Below the pieces are notes generated by a model that worked only from the letters and a program-made list of their open reading frames with translations, was not told the DNA's origin and searched no databases. 64,000 bases of DNA from NCBI GenBank assembly GCA_030611385.1, contig JAUWPV010000003.1:18996-82995 (forward strand). Direction: 5' to 3'. A program made the position numbers and the translations under genes. Every line of letters begins with the position of its first letter. Within the stretch, counting starts at the first letter, position 1. The stretch comes from Bacillota bacterium. GTDB taxonomy: Bacteria; Bacillota; Dethiobacteria; DTU022. Of this stretch, positions 1 to 11,161 are shown in pieces.

Positions 1-2
1 AC

Positions 3-1004
3 TGGCGCCTGGAGCTGTGGATTCACGGCCAAAAAAAACTGTTGGTGATCGGCAACCGCTATGAAACAGAGCAAACTCTGGAAAAGATTATGCACCTGCC
101 GCAGGGCTTATTTGAAGTAATCCATGTTTTAGCACCGGAGAAGTTTGATCAGCTCACAGATTGGTTGCCACAGGCTGACACCGTAATGATTACCGGTTCA
201 CTCGATCTGGAACGAAAAAACCGAGTGATCAGGGACAGCTTCGACCGGAATATTGAAGTCTTTATTATTCCAGATCTCTATGAAATTATCCTGACCAGGG
301 CGGCAATGACCCAGATTCTCGATACGCCGGTGATCGAATGTCACGATGTGCAGTTAACTTTTCTGCAGTTATTTACAAAAAGAATATTTGACCTTACCTT
401 TGTCTTGATTATGGCTTTGCCGGCCCTGCCGCTTTTCTTGCTGGCCGGTCTGGCGATTCGTTTTTCTTCACCCGGTCCGATTGTTTACGCCCAGGAAAGG
501 GTTGGACTGCGCGGCCGTATATTTACCCTCTATAAATTACGGACGATGATTGTTGAAGCTGAAGAAGAAAGCGGTCCGGTATTTTCAACCGAAGAAGATG
601 ACCGGGTTACTCCGGTGGGGCGTTTCCTGCGTGCTGCCAGGCTTGACGAACTGCCACAGCTCTACAATGTGCTGCGCGGAGATTTGAGCATTGTCGGTCC
701 GCGCCCGGAAAGGCCCTATTTTGTCGAGATATTTCAGCAGGCGATGCCTGAATACAAACTGCGGCACCTGGTTAAACCGGGTATTACTGGCATGGCCCAG
801 GTAGCTGGCCACTACTCTACCAATACACATGACAAACTGCGTTACGACCTCTATTACCTTTCTGACTATTCGTTTTTTATGGATTTGAAGGTTTTACTGC
901 TGACGATTCCGGCCCTGTTTAATAGTGAGGCGGCAAGAGGCGTGAAGAAAGAGCTGGTTGAGGGAGATGACCCATCAATCCGGCCAGGAGGTTGTAATGG
1001 CTGA
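3..1004 (+). CDS. Polyprenyl glycosylphosphotransferase (priming sugar transferase, WcaJ/EpsL-like), 5'-truncated by the window edge
   Basis: Bac_transf motifs KRIFD, YKLRTM, DDRVTPVGRFLR..RLDELPQ, SIVGPRPE, KPGITGMAQV and YDLYY. The frame is open back to nt 3. Confidence 0.92.
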   Translation, partial: WRLELWIHGQKKLLVIGNRYETEQTLEKIMHLPQGLFEVIHVLAPEKFDQLTDWLPQADTVMITGSLDLERKNRVIRDSFDRNIEVFIIPDLYEIILTRAAMTQILDTPVIECHDVQLTFLQLFTKRIFDLTFVLIMALPALPLFLLAGLAIRFSSPGPIVYAQERVGLRGRIFTLYKLRTMIVEAEEESGPVFSTEEDDRVTPVGRFLRAARLDELPQLYNVLRGDLSIVGPRPERPYFVEIFQQAMPEYKLRHLVKPGITGMAQVAGHYSTNTHDKLRYDLYYLSDYSFFMDLKVLLLTIPALFNSEAARGVKKELVEGDDPSIRPGGCNG

Positions 1005-2274
1005 AATTCTGATTTTAGGTGGTGGAATAGCCGGTATATCGGCTGCCTGGCATGCCCGCAGAGCGGGGCGGGAAGCGGTTATATTTGAGGCGAAAGAGCG
1101 CTGGGGCGGTTTGCTCGATCACTTTGAGCTTGGCGGTTTCCGCTTTGATAAGGCAGTTCACTTGGCCTTCGGCAGTAACGAAGAATATCGTAAAGTGCTG
1201 GAGATGACCGAATATATTACTCACCGGTCTGAACCATATAACTACGAGCAGGGCTGTTGGCTGAAACATCCGGTGCAGAACAATCTTTACCCACTACCGG
1301 CGCAGGAAAAAGTTGAAGCAATTAAAAGCTTTATCGGGCGCCCTGATCAGAAGGCAGACGTCGATTACCGGCAGTGGCTGATTCACCAATTCGGCGAAGT
1401 GATTGCCGGCCGTTTTCCGGCCCGTTATACAGAAAAATATTGGACTGTTCCGGCTGAAAATCTGAGCACAGAGTGGATTGGCAACCGTCTTTACAGGCCA
1501 ACTCTTGATGAGGTGCTTTTGGGTGCGATGACCGACCAGACGCCTTTAACCTACTACCTGCCGGAGATGTTTTATCCCCGGCAGGGCGGGTTCCGTACTT
1601 TTCTTGAACCGCTTGTTGAAGGGCTTGATCTGCGTACCGGCAAAGAGGCCGTCTGGATTGATCCGCATAAAAAATATGTTGAATGCAGTGACGGTTCAAG
1701 AGAGTATTATCAGCACCTGGTCAGCAGTGTGCCCTTGCCTGAATTGATTGGCATGCTCGAAAGAACGCCGCCAGTGGTAAAAGAGACTGCCGCCACCCTA
1801 TGGGCTACATCTATTGCCCTGGTTTCACTTGGTTTTAAGACCCCCCAGGCGGGAAAACATCTCTGGTTTTATATCTATGACCGCGATATTCTACCGTCAC
1901 GGGTTCATGCGCCCTATCTGAAATCACCGGACAATGTTCCGCCCGGTTTTAGCTCGCTGCAATTTGAGATTTATTATTCGCGGAATAAACCACTCAACCT
2001 TACACCGGAAGAACTGGTAGAGCATGTGATCACGGCGGCCGAAAAAATGAAGCTGGTTTTACGCAGCGATATTGTTGTTACCGACTACCGCACCCTGCCT
2101 TACGGCAATGTTGTTTTTGATCAGGGGATGGTAAAAAGACGCGAATTTGTCCTTGATCACGTCAGGCAGTGTGGTCTTATACCGGTGGGTCGGTTTGGGG
2201 AGTGGGATTACCATTGGGCAGAACAGAGTTTTCTTAGCGGGGGGAAAATCGAGACTTTACCCGGCATGGTATAA
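997..2274 (+). CDS. FAD-dependent oxidoreductase of a polysaccharide locus (protoporphyrinogen-oxidase/UDP-galactopyranose-mutase-like fold)
   Basis: N-terminal ILILGGGIAGISAA..IFEA...WGGL FAD-binding motif and C-terminal GRFGEWDY. ATG 997 follows GGAGG and overlaps the upstream stop. Confidence 0.75.
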   Translation: MAEILILGGGIAGISAAWHARRAGREAVIFEAKERWGGLLDHFELGGFRFDKAVHLAFGSNEEYRKVLEMTEYITHRSEPYNYEQGCWLKHPVQNNLYPLPAQEKVEAIKSFIGRPDQKADVDYRQWLIHQFGEVIAGRFPARYTEKYWTVPAENLSTEWIGNRLYRPTLDEVLLGAMTDQTPLTYYLPEMFYPRQGGFRTFLEPLVEGLDLRTGKEAVWIDPHKKYVECSDGSREYYQHLVSSVPLPELIGMLERTPPVVKETAATLWATSIALVSLGFKTPQAGKHLWFYIYDRDILPSRVHAPYLKSPDNVPPGFSSLQFEIYYSRNKPLNLTPEELVEHVITAAEKMKLVLRSDIVVTDYRTLPYGNVVFDQGMVKRREFVLDHVRQCGLIPVGRFGEWDYHWAEQSFLSGGKIETLPGMV

Positions 2275-2275
2275 T
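2267..2275 (+). promoter_or_regulatory. Possible extended -10 sigma-A promoter for the LCP genes
   Basis: TGgTATAAT about 40 nt upstream of the LCP start. No clear -35. Confidence 0.4.
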
Positions 2276-2316
2276 CTGGTTAGACGTCCGTTAGTTTTGT
2301 AAGGAGGCTTATAAAG

Positions 2317-3537
2317 GTGGACAAAGACCAGAATAAAGTTACCGCTACAAACAAATCAGGTCTGACACCGGAAGATCACCTGACGGAAGATCAGGTTAGA
2401 TCCGGCAGTTCAAAAAAAGTTATACTGATCGCTGCCGGGGTGTTGGTTTTACTGCTTTTAGCAGCCGGTACTTATGTCCTGGCCTTCTACAATCAGATCC
2501 AGGAACCACAGCGCATGCTGCTTGAAGAGGTTATATTTGAAGAAGAATATGCGATCAGTGAAGTTTTCCCCGGCCATATAGTCAATATTGGGTTGATGGG
2601 TTTCGACCGCGGTTGGAATCGTGAAAATATGGGAGAAGATCTGTTCCGCCCGGATATGCTGGCGGTATTATCGACAAATTTTGATACAAATCAGATCTCG
2701 GTGGTGCGCATACCGCGTGATTCATACGTGCCAATTCATGGTATGGGTGGGATACATGATAAGATCAACCACTCTTTCTATTACGGCTACCAATTTGGTA
2801 AAGGCGAAGACAGCGATGCCGACGGCATCCGTTATACCCTGCAGACCGTCAGCAACGCCTTGGGCGGTATCCCACTGCATTATTATATTTCGGTCGACAT
2901 GTATTCGATTATTGAGCTGGTTGATGCCCTGGGCGGAGTTTATTACGAGGTAGAGGAAACAATTTATGATGAGTACTGGAACGTCGGTGCGGTGCTGGTG
3001 CCGGAAGGGCCCCAGGTAATGGACGGGAAAACCTTTTTACGGTATCTGCAGTACCGCGAAGATAAGACAAACCAGGATATTGGTCGTATCGACCGGCAGA
3101 TGAATTTGCTTAAGGAAACCTTTTACTATTTAAGGGAACAGGGCCGGATAACCGATATACCGGCCACTTACCGGATTTATAAAGATTATGTCGAAACCGA
3201 CCTTTCCTACAAGCAGATTGCTGCGCTGGCCTATTACGCGCGTGATCTCAATGTTTCTGATAGCAACCTGCACTTTTACACTGTACCTGGTGGAGGCCAG
3301 ATGAAAGATGGCATCTGGTACCAGGTTATTAACGAGAACGAGCGGGTCCGTATAATTAAAGAGGTCTTTGGGATCGATGCCGAGCCCTGGCCGTCGCTAG
3401 TGCTCGAGGATAGCCCTGAGTATCTGGAAGAGCAGGAAAGACTGAGGCTCGAGGAAGAACTCGCAGAGAGCGAGCAACCGGAAGAACTTCTGGAAACAGA
3501 CGAGCAGCACGATGAAGAGAATCCGGAAGAGGAATAA
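2317..3537 (+). CDS. LCP (LytR-CpsA-Psr) family polysaccharide-to-peptidoglycan transferase
   Basis: Single N-terminal TM helix; motifs RPD, RIPRDS, DKIN and DIGRIDRQ; acidic C-terminal tail. Confidence 0.9.
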   Translation: MDKDQNKVTATNKSGLTPEDHLTEDQVRSGSSKKVILIAAGVLVLLLLAAGTYVLAFYNQIQEPQRMLLEEVIFEEEYAISEVFPGHIVNIGLMGFDRGWNRENMGEDLFRPDMLAVLSTNFDTNQISVVRIPRDSYVPIHGMGGIHDKINHSFYYGYQFGKGEDSDADGIRYTLQTVSNALGGIPLHYYISVDMYSIIELVDALGGVYYEVEETIYDEYWNVGAVLVPEGPQVMDGKTFLRYLQYREDKTNQDIGRIDRQMNLLKETFYYLREQGRITDIPATYRIYKDYVETDLSYKQIAALAYYARDLNVSDSNLHFYTVPGGGQMKDGIWYQVINENERVRIIKEVFGIDAEPWPSLVLEDSPEYLEEQERLRLEEELAESEQPEELLETDEQHDEENPEEE

Positions 3538-3575
3538 GATCCGGAAACTTACGTGGAAAGCGGGTAAATAAAGGG

Positions 3576-4550
3576 ATGAAGAATTTGCCTCAGAAGGCCA
3601 GGTTGTATGTTTCACTGGGGGTCATCTACTCGATTATCCTGGTCTCTTTGTCAATTATATTTTACGGGGTTTATCAGGTTTATTACGCCCCGGCATCCCT
3701 CTTCAGGCAGGATTTCAGCGGACCTGATGGGGTAGAAGAGTATTTTGAAGAAAAAGTGGTCAATGTGGTCGTGCTCGGCCTGCATAACCGCAATGAAGAC
3801 AATACTTTTGGAGAGATCTACTATGTCGATACGATTCTGGTTGTATCGATTAATTTCGACCAAAATTCCCTGGCACTTTTAGCGATACCGCGTGATTCAT
3901 ATGTCCCGATCGCTCACAGCGAGGAAAATGACCGGATCCGCCAGTCTTACAGTTACGGTTATGCACAGAGCAGCGCTGATCGGCATGACGACGGCCTGCG
4001 TTTTGCCATCGATACGGTCAGCCTGCTGCTGGACGGAGTCGATCTGCACCACTATATTGCCATGGATATTCAGGGACTGAAGCAGCTGATCGATTCGCTT
4101 GGAGGAGTCTACTACACGGTGGAAAAACCGATGATCGGTTACACGGCGCAGGAATCGCTGGAAGCCGGCCCCCAGCTACTCGACGGCCAGGGTTATCTGA
4201 ATTATTTAACCTATCGCGAGCCCGACGCCCGGGATGACCTGAACCGGATGAAGCGCCAGAAAGCGCTGCTGCTGGCCACATTCGACTACTATCAGAAGAT
4301 GGGCTTATTTAACTATATTATTCCCACCTATACCGCTTACCGCGAGCATGTTCATACCGATCTCAACTTTAACCAGGTTGCCGCACTGGCTCTTTTTGCC
4401 TCAGAACGGCTGGAAGCAGATGCCATTTTCGATTATTCCCTGCAGGGCGAATACTTCACTACCGATGGTGGAAAAAGTTATCTTCTCAAAATTGACGAAA
4501 AAATCAAGAACGAACTCCTTAATATGTTGACAGGGGGACGGGGTACTTGA
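3576..4550 (+). CDS. Second LCP family protein with degenerate motifs
   Basis: N-terminal TM helix; motifs VDTIL, AIPRDSY and DLNRMKRQ; visibly paralogous to the upstream LCP. Confidence 0.85.
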   Translation: MKNLPQKARLYVSLGVIYSIILVSLSIIFYGVYQVYYAPASLFRQDFSGPDGVEEYFEEKVVNVVVLGLHNRNEDNTFGEIYYVDTILVVSINFDQNSLALLAIPRDSYVPIAHSEENDRIRQSYSYGYAQSSADRHDDGLRFAIDTVSLLLDGVDLHHYIAMDIQGLKQLIDSLGGVYYTVEKPMIGYTAQESLEAGPQLLDGQGYLNYLTYREPDARDDLNRMKRQKALLLATFDYYQKMGLFNYIIPTYTAYREHVHTDLNFNQVAALALFASERLEADAIFDYSLQGEYFTTDGGKSYLLKIDEKIKNELLNMLTGGRGT

Positions 4551-5515
4551 CACAAAATCAAGCTCTTAATGAAAAGAAAACCTGTCTGATTACCGGGGTT
4601 GCCGGTTTTATCGGTTCGCATTTGGCGCGCCGGCTACTGGCTGAAGGCTGCCAGGTTATCGGTATCGACTGCTTCACCGATTACTACGACGGGTGTATTA
4701 AGGAGAAAAATATCAATGATCTGTTAGAACAAGCTAGATTTACCCTGATCCGGCGCGATATTGTTGATCTTGAAGACAGTTGGTTTGAAGGGGTTCAGTG
4801 GGTTTTTCACCAGGCGGCTCAGGCCGGTGTACGGGCGAGTTGGGGCGATCAATTTGCCCACTACACTCACCATAATGTCTTAGGCACACAGCGCTTACTG
4901 GAATGGGCTCGTCACAGCGGAATAGAGCGATTTATTTATGCTTCTTCATCTTCTGTCTACGGTGCCAGCGGAAAACTGCCGATGCATGAAGATGACCTGC
5001 CGCGTCCGCTGTCACCATACGGCGTTACTAAGCTGGCTGCTGAACATCTCTGCAACCTTTATCATCAGAATTTTGCTCTGCCGGCAACAAGTTTACGTTA
5101 TTTTACCGTTTATGGCCCGGGTCAACGACCCGATATGGCCTTTCATCGTTTTATCCGCGCTATTCTTAGAGATGAAGAACTGGTTATATACGGCAGCGGT
5201 GAACAGACCCGTGACTTTACATATATTGATGATATTGTCGAAGCAAATCTGTCTGCGGCAAGTGCACAGAATGCCCTGGGACGGGTCTATAATATCGGTG
5301 GGGGCAGCCGGATTTCGGTGAACGGTGTGCTGGAAATTCTCAGCCGGCTGGCCGAAAAAGCGATTGCGGTCAGGCACGAACCGGTGCAGGCCGGTGATCC
5401 GCCACATACCTATGCTGACACGACGAGGGCTGAAAACGAACTTAACTATCAACCACGAACCACACTCGAAAAAGGCCTAGAAATCATGTTCAACAATTTT
5501 CTAGAAATCCGGTAA
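4547..5515 (+). CDS. NAD-dependent nucleotide-sugar epimerase/dehydratase (UDP-glucuronate/UDP-glucose 4-epimerase-like)
   Basis: TGVAGFIG, ASSSSVYG, YGVTK (YxxxK) and RYFTVYGPGQRPDMA. Confidence 0.9.
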   Translation: MTQNQALNEKKTCLITGVAGFIGSHLARRLLAEGCQVIGIDCFTDYYDGCIKEKNINDLLEQARFTLIRRDIVDLEDSWFEGVQWVFHQAAQAGVRASWGDQFAHYTHHNVLGTQRLLEWARHSGIERFIYASSSSVYGASGKLPMHEDDLPRPLSPYGVTKLAAEHLCNLYHQNFALPATSLRYFTVYGPGQRPDMAFHRFIRAILRDEELVIYGSGEQTRDFTYIDDIVEANLSAASAQNALGRVYNIGGGSRISVNGVLEILSRLAEKAIAVRHEPVQAGDPPHTYADTTRAENELNYQPRTTLEKGLEIMFNNFLEIR

Positions 5516-5548
5516 TGTTAAGCTGGGTAACTGCAGCTTGGCAGTCGG

Positions 5549-6325
5549 TTAGCCAGCGCCAAGATATCGGTGTTTGCGGGTGATATAGAGGACCAGAATA
5601 GCGCCGCATAAAGCAGTCAGCACTATAATAAGGTTGAATTGGATGGGCAGGATCGCCCGGGTGGAGCCCAGAATCAGGCCGGCCAGAAGGAAAGATATTG
5701 CCGTCTGATAACGGCGGTAGAGGGCGGAAAGAAGCCGGGCCAGGCCAAAAAGGCCGACGATGAATCCGGCAGAGAGAAAAGCGAGCTTGATCCACTGCCA
5801 GTGACTGATGGCATAGATAGCATCATCATAGAGATTCATAATAATCAGCACGGAACCGCCGGAAACACCCGGTAAGAGCATGGCGGCGCTGGCCAGAGTA
5901 CCCCCGAGGAAGAAGTGAAATGGTCCACCGGGAGGCAGGACCGTGAAAGTGTAGGTCGGTTCACAGATAATAAACCAGGTAACCATGAAACCGGTGGCAC
6001 CGAGAGCCAGCGGCCCGGGTTGAATCAACTGGCGTCCGCGTCGGTAGTTGATAACCATTGGAACGGAGGCCAGGAGCATACCCAGTAAAAAGGCCATGAC
6101 CAACGTGTTGTAGCGTTCCAACAGGTAGCTGATGGCATATACGCCGGTGAGAGCTCCGGCTGCCGCACCGGCCAGCATTGGCAGGTACGGTTTAAGGCGC
6201 AGGCTGGCCAGATCATCGAGAAATTTGCGATAAAAGCCGAGAATTAAAATAACTGTCCCAGCGCTCAAACCGGGCAGAATTACGGCAAATCCGATAAATA
6301 CTCCCTGCAGAATTTTTAGAAACAC
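5549..6325 (-). CDS. DUF368 family membrane protein (putative undecaprenyl-phosphate translocase)
   Basis: Two internal repeats, ILPGLSAGT and LLPGVSGGS, in a multi-TM hydrophobic protein. Confidence 0.85.
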   Translation of the reverse strand: MFLKILQGVFIGFAVILPGLSAGTVILILGFYRKFLDDLASLRLKPYLPMLAGAAAGALTGVYAISYLLERYNTLVMAFLLGMLLASVPMVINYRRGRQLIQPGPLALGATGFMVTWFIICEPTYTFTVLPPGGPFHFFLGGTLASAAMLLPGVSGGSVLIIMNLYDDAIYAISHWQWIKLAFLSAGFIVGLFGLARLLSALYRRYQTAISFLLAGLILGSTRAILPIQFNLIIVLTALCGAILVLYITRKHRYLGAG

Positions 6326-6354
6326 AGCGGCTCCTTTTTAATCGTGACTGCTTT

Positions 6355-6384
6355 ATTTTCGACATGCCGAGGTGGACTTCCTTT
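6355..6384 (-). promoter_or_regulatory. Sigma-H-like promoter upstream of DUF368
   Basis: AAAGGA-N18-GAAAAT on the minus strand. Confidence 0.45.
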
Positions 6385-6457
6385 ATCACAGTAATATTTT
6401 TTATAGGCGAGGCGTATTTATGATTTAGAAAGTGATATCATATAAAGGGTAGGTGAA

Positions 6458-6997
6458 TTGACAATAACAATTGCACTGAAAACAGTGGTGTGCGACAGTG
6501 AGATAAAAGAAATTGGTGTGATTGCCGATACTCATATTCCAACCAGGGCTCTCCATATGCCTCGGCGTCTTATCGAACTTCTAGCCGGAGTACAGCTGAT
6601 ACTCCATGCCGGAGATCTGGTTGATGAAAAGGTTCTTGAAGAACTGCAGGCAATCGCTCCGGTGGAAGCCGTGGCTGGTAATATGGATCCCATGAATCTG
6701 AAAAAAAGCCTGGGGAGAATGAAGCTGATTAAGTTAGGCCCGGTAGCCATCGGCTTGCTACACGGGGATAGTAGTGGTCACAATATCAGTTTTGACAGAA
6801 TCAGCGAGCTTTTTTATCCTGCACAGCTCCAGGCAGTTGTTTTCGGTCACCTGCACGAACCGATGGTTAAAGTAAACGCTGGAATTCTATATTTTAACCC
6901 GGGGTCAGCTACGGACCCCCGGAGAGCGTCGAAACCGTCATGCGGCCGTCTGCTGATCAGCGGTTCTCAGATCAGCGGCGAAATACTATACCTTTAA
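6458..6997 (+). CDS. Metallophosphoesterase, YfcE/MJ0936 family
   Basis: Motifs DTH, HAGD, GNMD, HG, FGHLH and NPGS. Exact start uncertain. Confidence 0.88.
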   Translation: MTITIALKTVVCDSEIKEIGVIADTHIPTRALHMPRRLIELLAGVQLILHAGDLVDEKVLEELQAIAPVEAVAGNMDPMNLKKSLGRMKLIKLGPVAIGLLHGDSSGHNISFDRISELFYPAQLQAVVFGHLHEPMVKVNAGILYFNPGSATDPRRASKPSCGRLLISGSQISGEILYL

Positions 6998-7016
6998 AGG
7001 GTGAGGAGATTTAAAC

Positions 7017-7199
7017 ATGGATCGGGAAAAACAGAAAGAACTTAAAGAACGCATATTATTCGAGGCTGAAAATCTTAAGTTGCCCTGTCATAAAGCATTT
7101 GACATCGCTTCAGAGGTCGATTGTCCGTTAACTGAGGTCGGTAAAAGCTGTAATGAAGCAGGGATAAAGGTAGTCGGCTGCCAGTTGGGTTGTTTTTAA
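7017..7199 (+). CDS. Small Cys-rich hypothetical protein ending CQLGCF
   Basis: Good RBS (GAGGAG); LPC..A...VG..CN...IK...CQLGCF pattern that I recall from anaerobe small proteins. Confidence 0.7.
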   Translation: MDREKQKELKERILFEAENLKLPCHKAFDIASEVDCPLTEVGKSCNEAGIKVVGCQLGCF

Positions 7200-7267
7200 A
7201 AAGCAATAGCTAGATAATCTGAGATAATTAAAGAATAAGTAAGAAACAGCAAGATAATTGGCTATAT

Positions 7268-7303
7268 ACACGATGGCAGGCTGTAAACGGTCTGCCATCG
7301 TGT
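7268..7303. terminator. Stem-loop, probable terminator upstream of the groESL promoter
   Basis: ACACGATGGCAGGCTG-TAAA-CGGTCTGCCATCGTGT inverted repeat followed by only a short T run. Confidence 0.6.
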
Positions 7304-7332
7304 TTGCCCGGCTAACTACTTTGCAGTATCAT
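7304..7332 (+). promoter_or_regulatory. Sigma-A-type promoter of groESL
   Basis: TTGCCC-17-TATCAT immediately upstream of the CIRCE. Confidence 0.55.
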
Positions 7333-7345
7333 GATAAAGACGTTA

Positions 7346-7375
7346 TTAGCACTCACTGAACGAGAGTGCTGCTAA
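7346..7375 (+). promoter_or_regulatory. CIRCE element (HrcA operator) with a variant right arm
   Basis: TTAGCACTC-N9-GAGTGCTGCTAA upstream of groES. Confidence 0.9.
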
Positions 7376-7407
7376 TAAAAGAATAAATCTATAAGGAGGC
7401 AGGTCGT

Positions 7408-7695
7408 ATGAACCTCAAGCCGTTAGCAGACAGAGTCGTGATCAAGGTTTTGGAGGCAGAAGATAAAACAGCAAGTGGTATTGTTTTACCGGATAAAGCC
7501 AAGGAAAAACCCCAAGAGGGTAAAATAATGGCGGTAGGTACTGGAAAAGTCCTTGATAATGGGACAAGAGTCGAAATGGAAGTCAAAGTGGGGGATAAGG
7601 TTATCTTTTCCCGCTATGCTGGGACCGAAATTAAGATTAAAGGTGAAGAATACCTGATTTTGCGCCAGGACGATATTTTAGCCCTCGCTAATTAA
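7408..7695 (+). CDS. groES: Co-chaperonin GroES
   Basis: [13 protein letters not shown]...[15 protein letters not shown]...[15 protein letters not shown]. Confidence 0.98.
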   Translation: MNLKPLADRVVIKVLEAEDKTASGIVLPDKAKEKPQEGKIMAVGTGKVLDNGTRVEMEVKVGDKVIFSRYAGTEIKIKGEEYLILRQDDILALAN

Positions 7696-9342
<1,647 letters not shown>

Positions 9343-9350
9343 GTTTAGCT

Positions 9351-9415
9351 TATAACCGGCTCACAGCCGGTTATAATAGCGAAGCCCCCTGTCAATAGCG
9401 GCAGGGGGCTTTTTC
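9351..9415. terminator. Tandem hairpins / terminator between convergent groEL and trpB2
   Basis: TATAACCGGCT-CAC-AGCCGGTTATA, then AAGCCCCCTGTC-AATAGC-GGCAGGGGGCTT followed by TTTT. Confidence 0.8.
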
Positions 9416-9450
9416 AATAAGTTAAAAAAATGGTGTCAGACACCGATTTG

Positions 9451-10809
9451 TTAACTTATTTTCTCCAGTGAGGCAATTGATTCGTCGATTAACTCTTGCG
9501 GGTATTCGACATCTTTGATCTTGCCGGCCAGATAATCATCATAGGCGGTAAGGTCAAAGTGTCCGTGACCGCTGAAATTAAAGAGAATTGTTTTCTCTGC
9601 GCCTGCTTCTTTACATTCGAGAGCAACGTCGATAGCGGCTTTGATAGCATGCGCTGTCTCCGGCGCGGGCAAAATGCCCTCGGTGCGGGCAAAGGTTATG
9701 GCTGCTTCGAAAACACCTTCCTGTCCGTAAGCGCGAGCTTCGATAAAACCGTCTTTGCAAAGCTGACTGACCAGCGGAGAGGCACCGTGGTAGCGCAGTC
9801 CACCGGCATGGATTCCCGGAGGTATAAAGTCGTGTCCAAGAGTGTACATCATCAACAGAGGGGTATGTTTAGCCACATCCCCGTAATCGTAAGTAAAAGT
9901 ACCTTTTGTCAGGGTCGGACAGGCTTTTGGTTCAACGGCGATGACCCGGAGCGATTTATCGTCGTTGAATTTGTCGTGCAAGAAGGGAAAACTGATTCCG
10001 GCAAGGTTGCTGCCACCACCGCAACAAGCGATCACGAAATCAGGATAGTCGTTTACCAATTTTAACTGCTCTTTGCATTCCAGGCCGATAATTGTCTGGT
10101 GAAGCAAGACATGATTAAGCACACTCCCGAGGGCGTAATTAGTATCAGGCCGACCGGCGGCATCTTCAACCGCTTCACTGATGGCCAGGCCGAGACTGCC
10201 TATGGAATCAGGGTCCCGTGCCAGCATAGCGCGCCCTGATTCGGTCAGGTCAGTGGGGCTGGCAAAAACATTGGCTCCCCAGGTTTCCATCAAAGAGCGG
10301 CGGTAGGGTTTCTGCTGGTAACTTACTTTGACCATGTAGACAGTGCATTCCAGGCCAAAGTAGTTGCAGGCCAGGGCGAGAGCACTGCCCCACTGCCCGG
10401 CCCCGGTTTCGGTAGAAAGCCGTTTAATTCCGGCCTTTTTATTGTAGTAGGCCTGGGCGACAGCGGTATTGGGTTTATGGCTGCCGGGCGGACTAACCCC
10501 TTCATGCTTGTAGTAAATATGGGCAGGAGTGCCGAGTGCTTTTTCGAGGCTGTAGGCCCGGTAGAGCGGACTCGGCCTCCAGAGGCTGTAGATATCGAGA
10601 ACTTCTTCGGGAATATCGATCCAGCGTTCCGATGATACCTCCTGTTCAATCAGGGCCATGGGGAAAATAGCACTTAAATCGTCCGGGCCGGCCGGTTGCC
10701 TGGTGACCGGATTCAGGGGAGGCTGAATCGGGTAGGGCAGATCAGCCTGAATGTTGTACCATTGCTTGGGCATTTCCTTCTCCGCTAAAATAATCTTGCG
10801 TTCTTTCAT
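9451..10809 (-). CDS. trpB2: Tryptophan synthase beta chain type 2 (TrpB2), PLP-dependent
   Basis: [15 protein letters not shown] (PLP lysine), [27 protein letters not shown] and [11 protein letters not shown] 10809 follows AGGAGG. Confidence 0.93.
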   Translation of the reverse strand: MKERKIILAEKEMPKQWYNIQADLPYPIQPPLNPVTRQPAGPDDLSAIFPMALIEQEVSSERWIDIPEEVLDIYSLWRPSPLYRAYSLEKALGTPAHIYYKHEGVSPPGSHKPNTAVAQAYYNKKAGIKRLSTETGAGQWGSALALACNYFGLECTVYMVKVSYQQKPYRRSLMETWGANVFASPTDLTESGRAMLARDPDSIGSLGLAISEAVEDAAGRPDTNYALGSVLNHVLLHQTIIGLECKEQLKLVNDYPDFVIACCGGGSNLAGISFPFLHDKFNDDKSLRVIAVEPKACPTLTKGTFTYDYGDVAKHTPLLMMYTLGHDFIPPGIHAGGLRYHGASPLVSQLCKDGFIEARAYGQEGVFEAAITFARTEGILPAPETAHAIKAAIDVALECKEAGAEKTILFNFSGHGHFDLTAYDDYLAGKIKDVEYPQELIDESIASLEKIS

Positions 10810-10838
10810 TGACAAAACCTCCTATTTCTTTTTTTTTT

Positions 10839-11136
10839 AAAAAAAATAACTTCCGTCCGGGGACGGGAGTTATTCGCGGTACCACCCTGGTTACCTGTAA
10901 AAACAGGTCGCTTATATCAGATGCGGAAAACTTGTCTTGCCGCTTTCCAGACCTGCTTTCTTTTAACGGTGAAAGTTCCGACCGGGTCTACTCACGTACT
11001 TACGCTTTCAGCCGGTACCTCCAGGAGCCATTCACCAAGTTCATCAACACCGGAATCTCAGCTTCGGAAGTTTATTGCTTCCTCGATCCGGTTCTCTTAG
11101 TTGACCTGTTCCAGGCTACTAGTTCCTGTCATTGGT
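10839..11136 (-). ncRNA. Tryptophan-specific T-box riboswitch (transcriptional attenuator)
   Basis: On the minus strand: Stem I ATGACAGGAACTAGTAG, AGAGA bulge, GCTGAGA loop, specifier GAA-TGG-C (UGG at 11030-11028), Stem II GAA/AGTA, CCGTTA box, T-box AGGGTGGTACCGCG, and terminator AATAACTCCCGTCC..GGACGGAAGTTATT with a U-tract. Confidence 0.93.
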
Positions 11137-11161
11137 TAGTATTCACAATCTTTGATTATGG

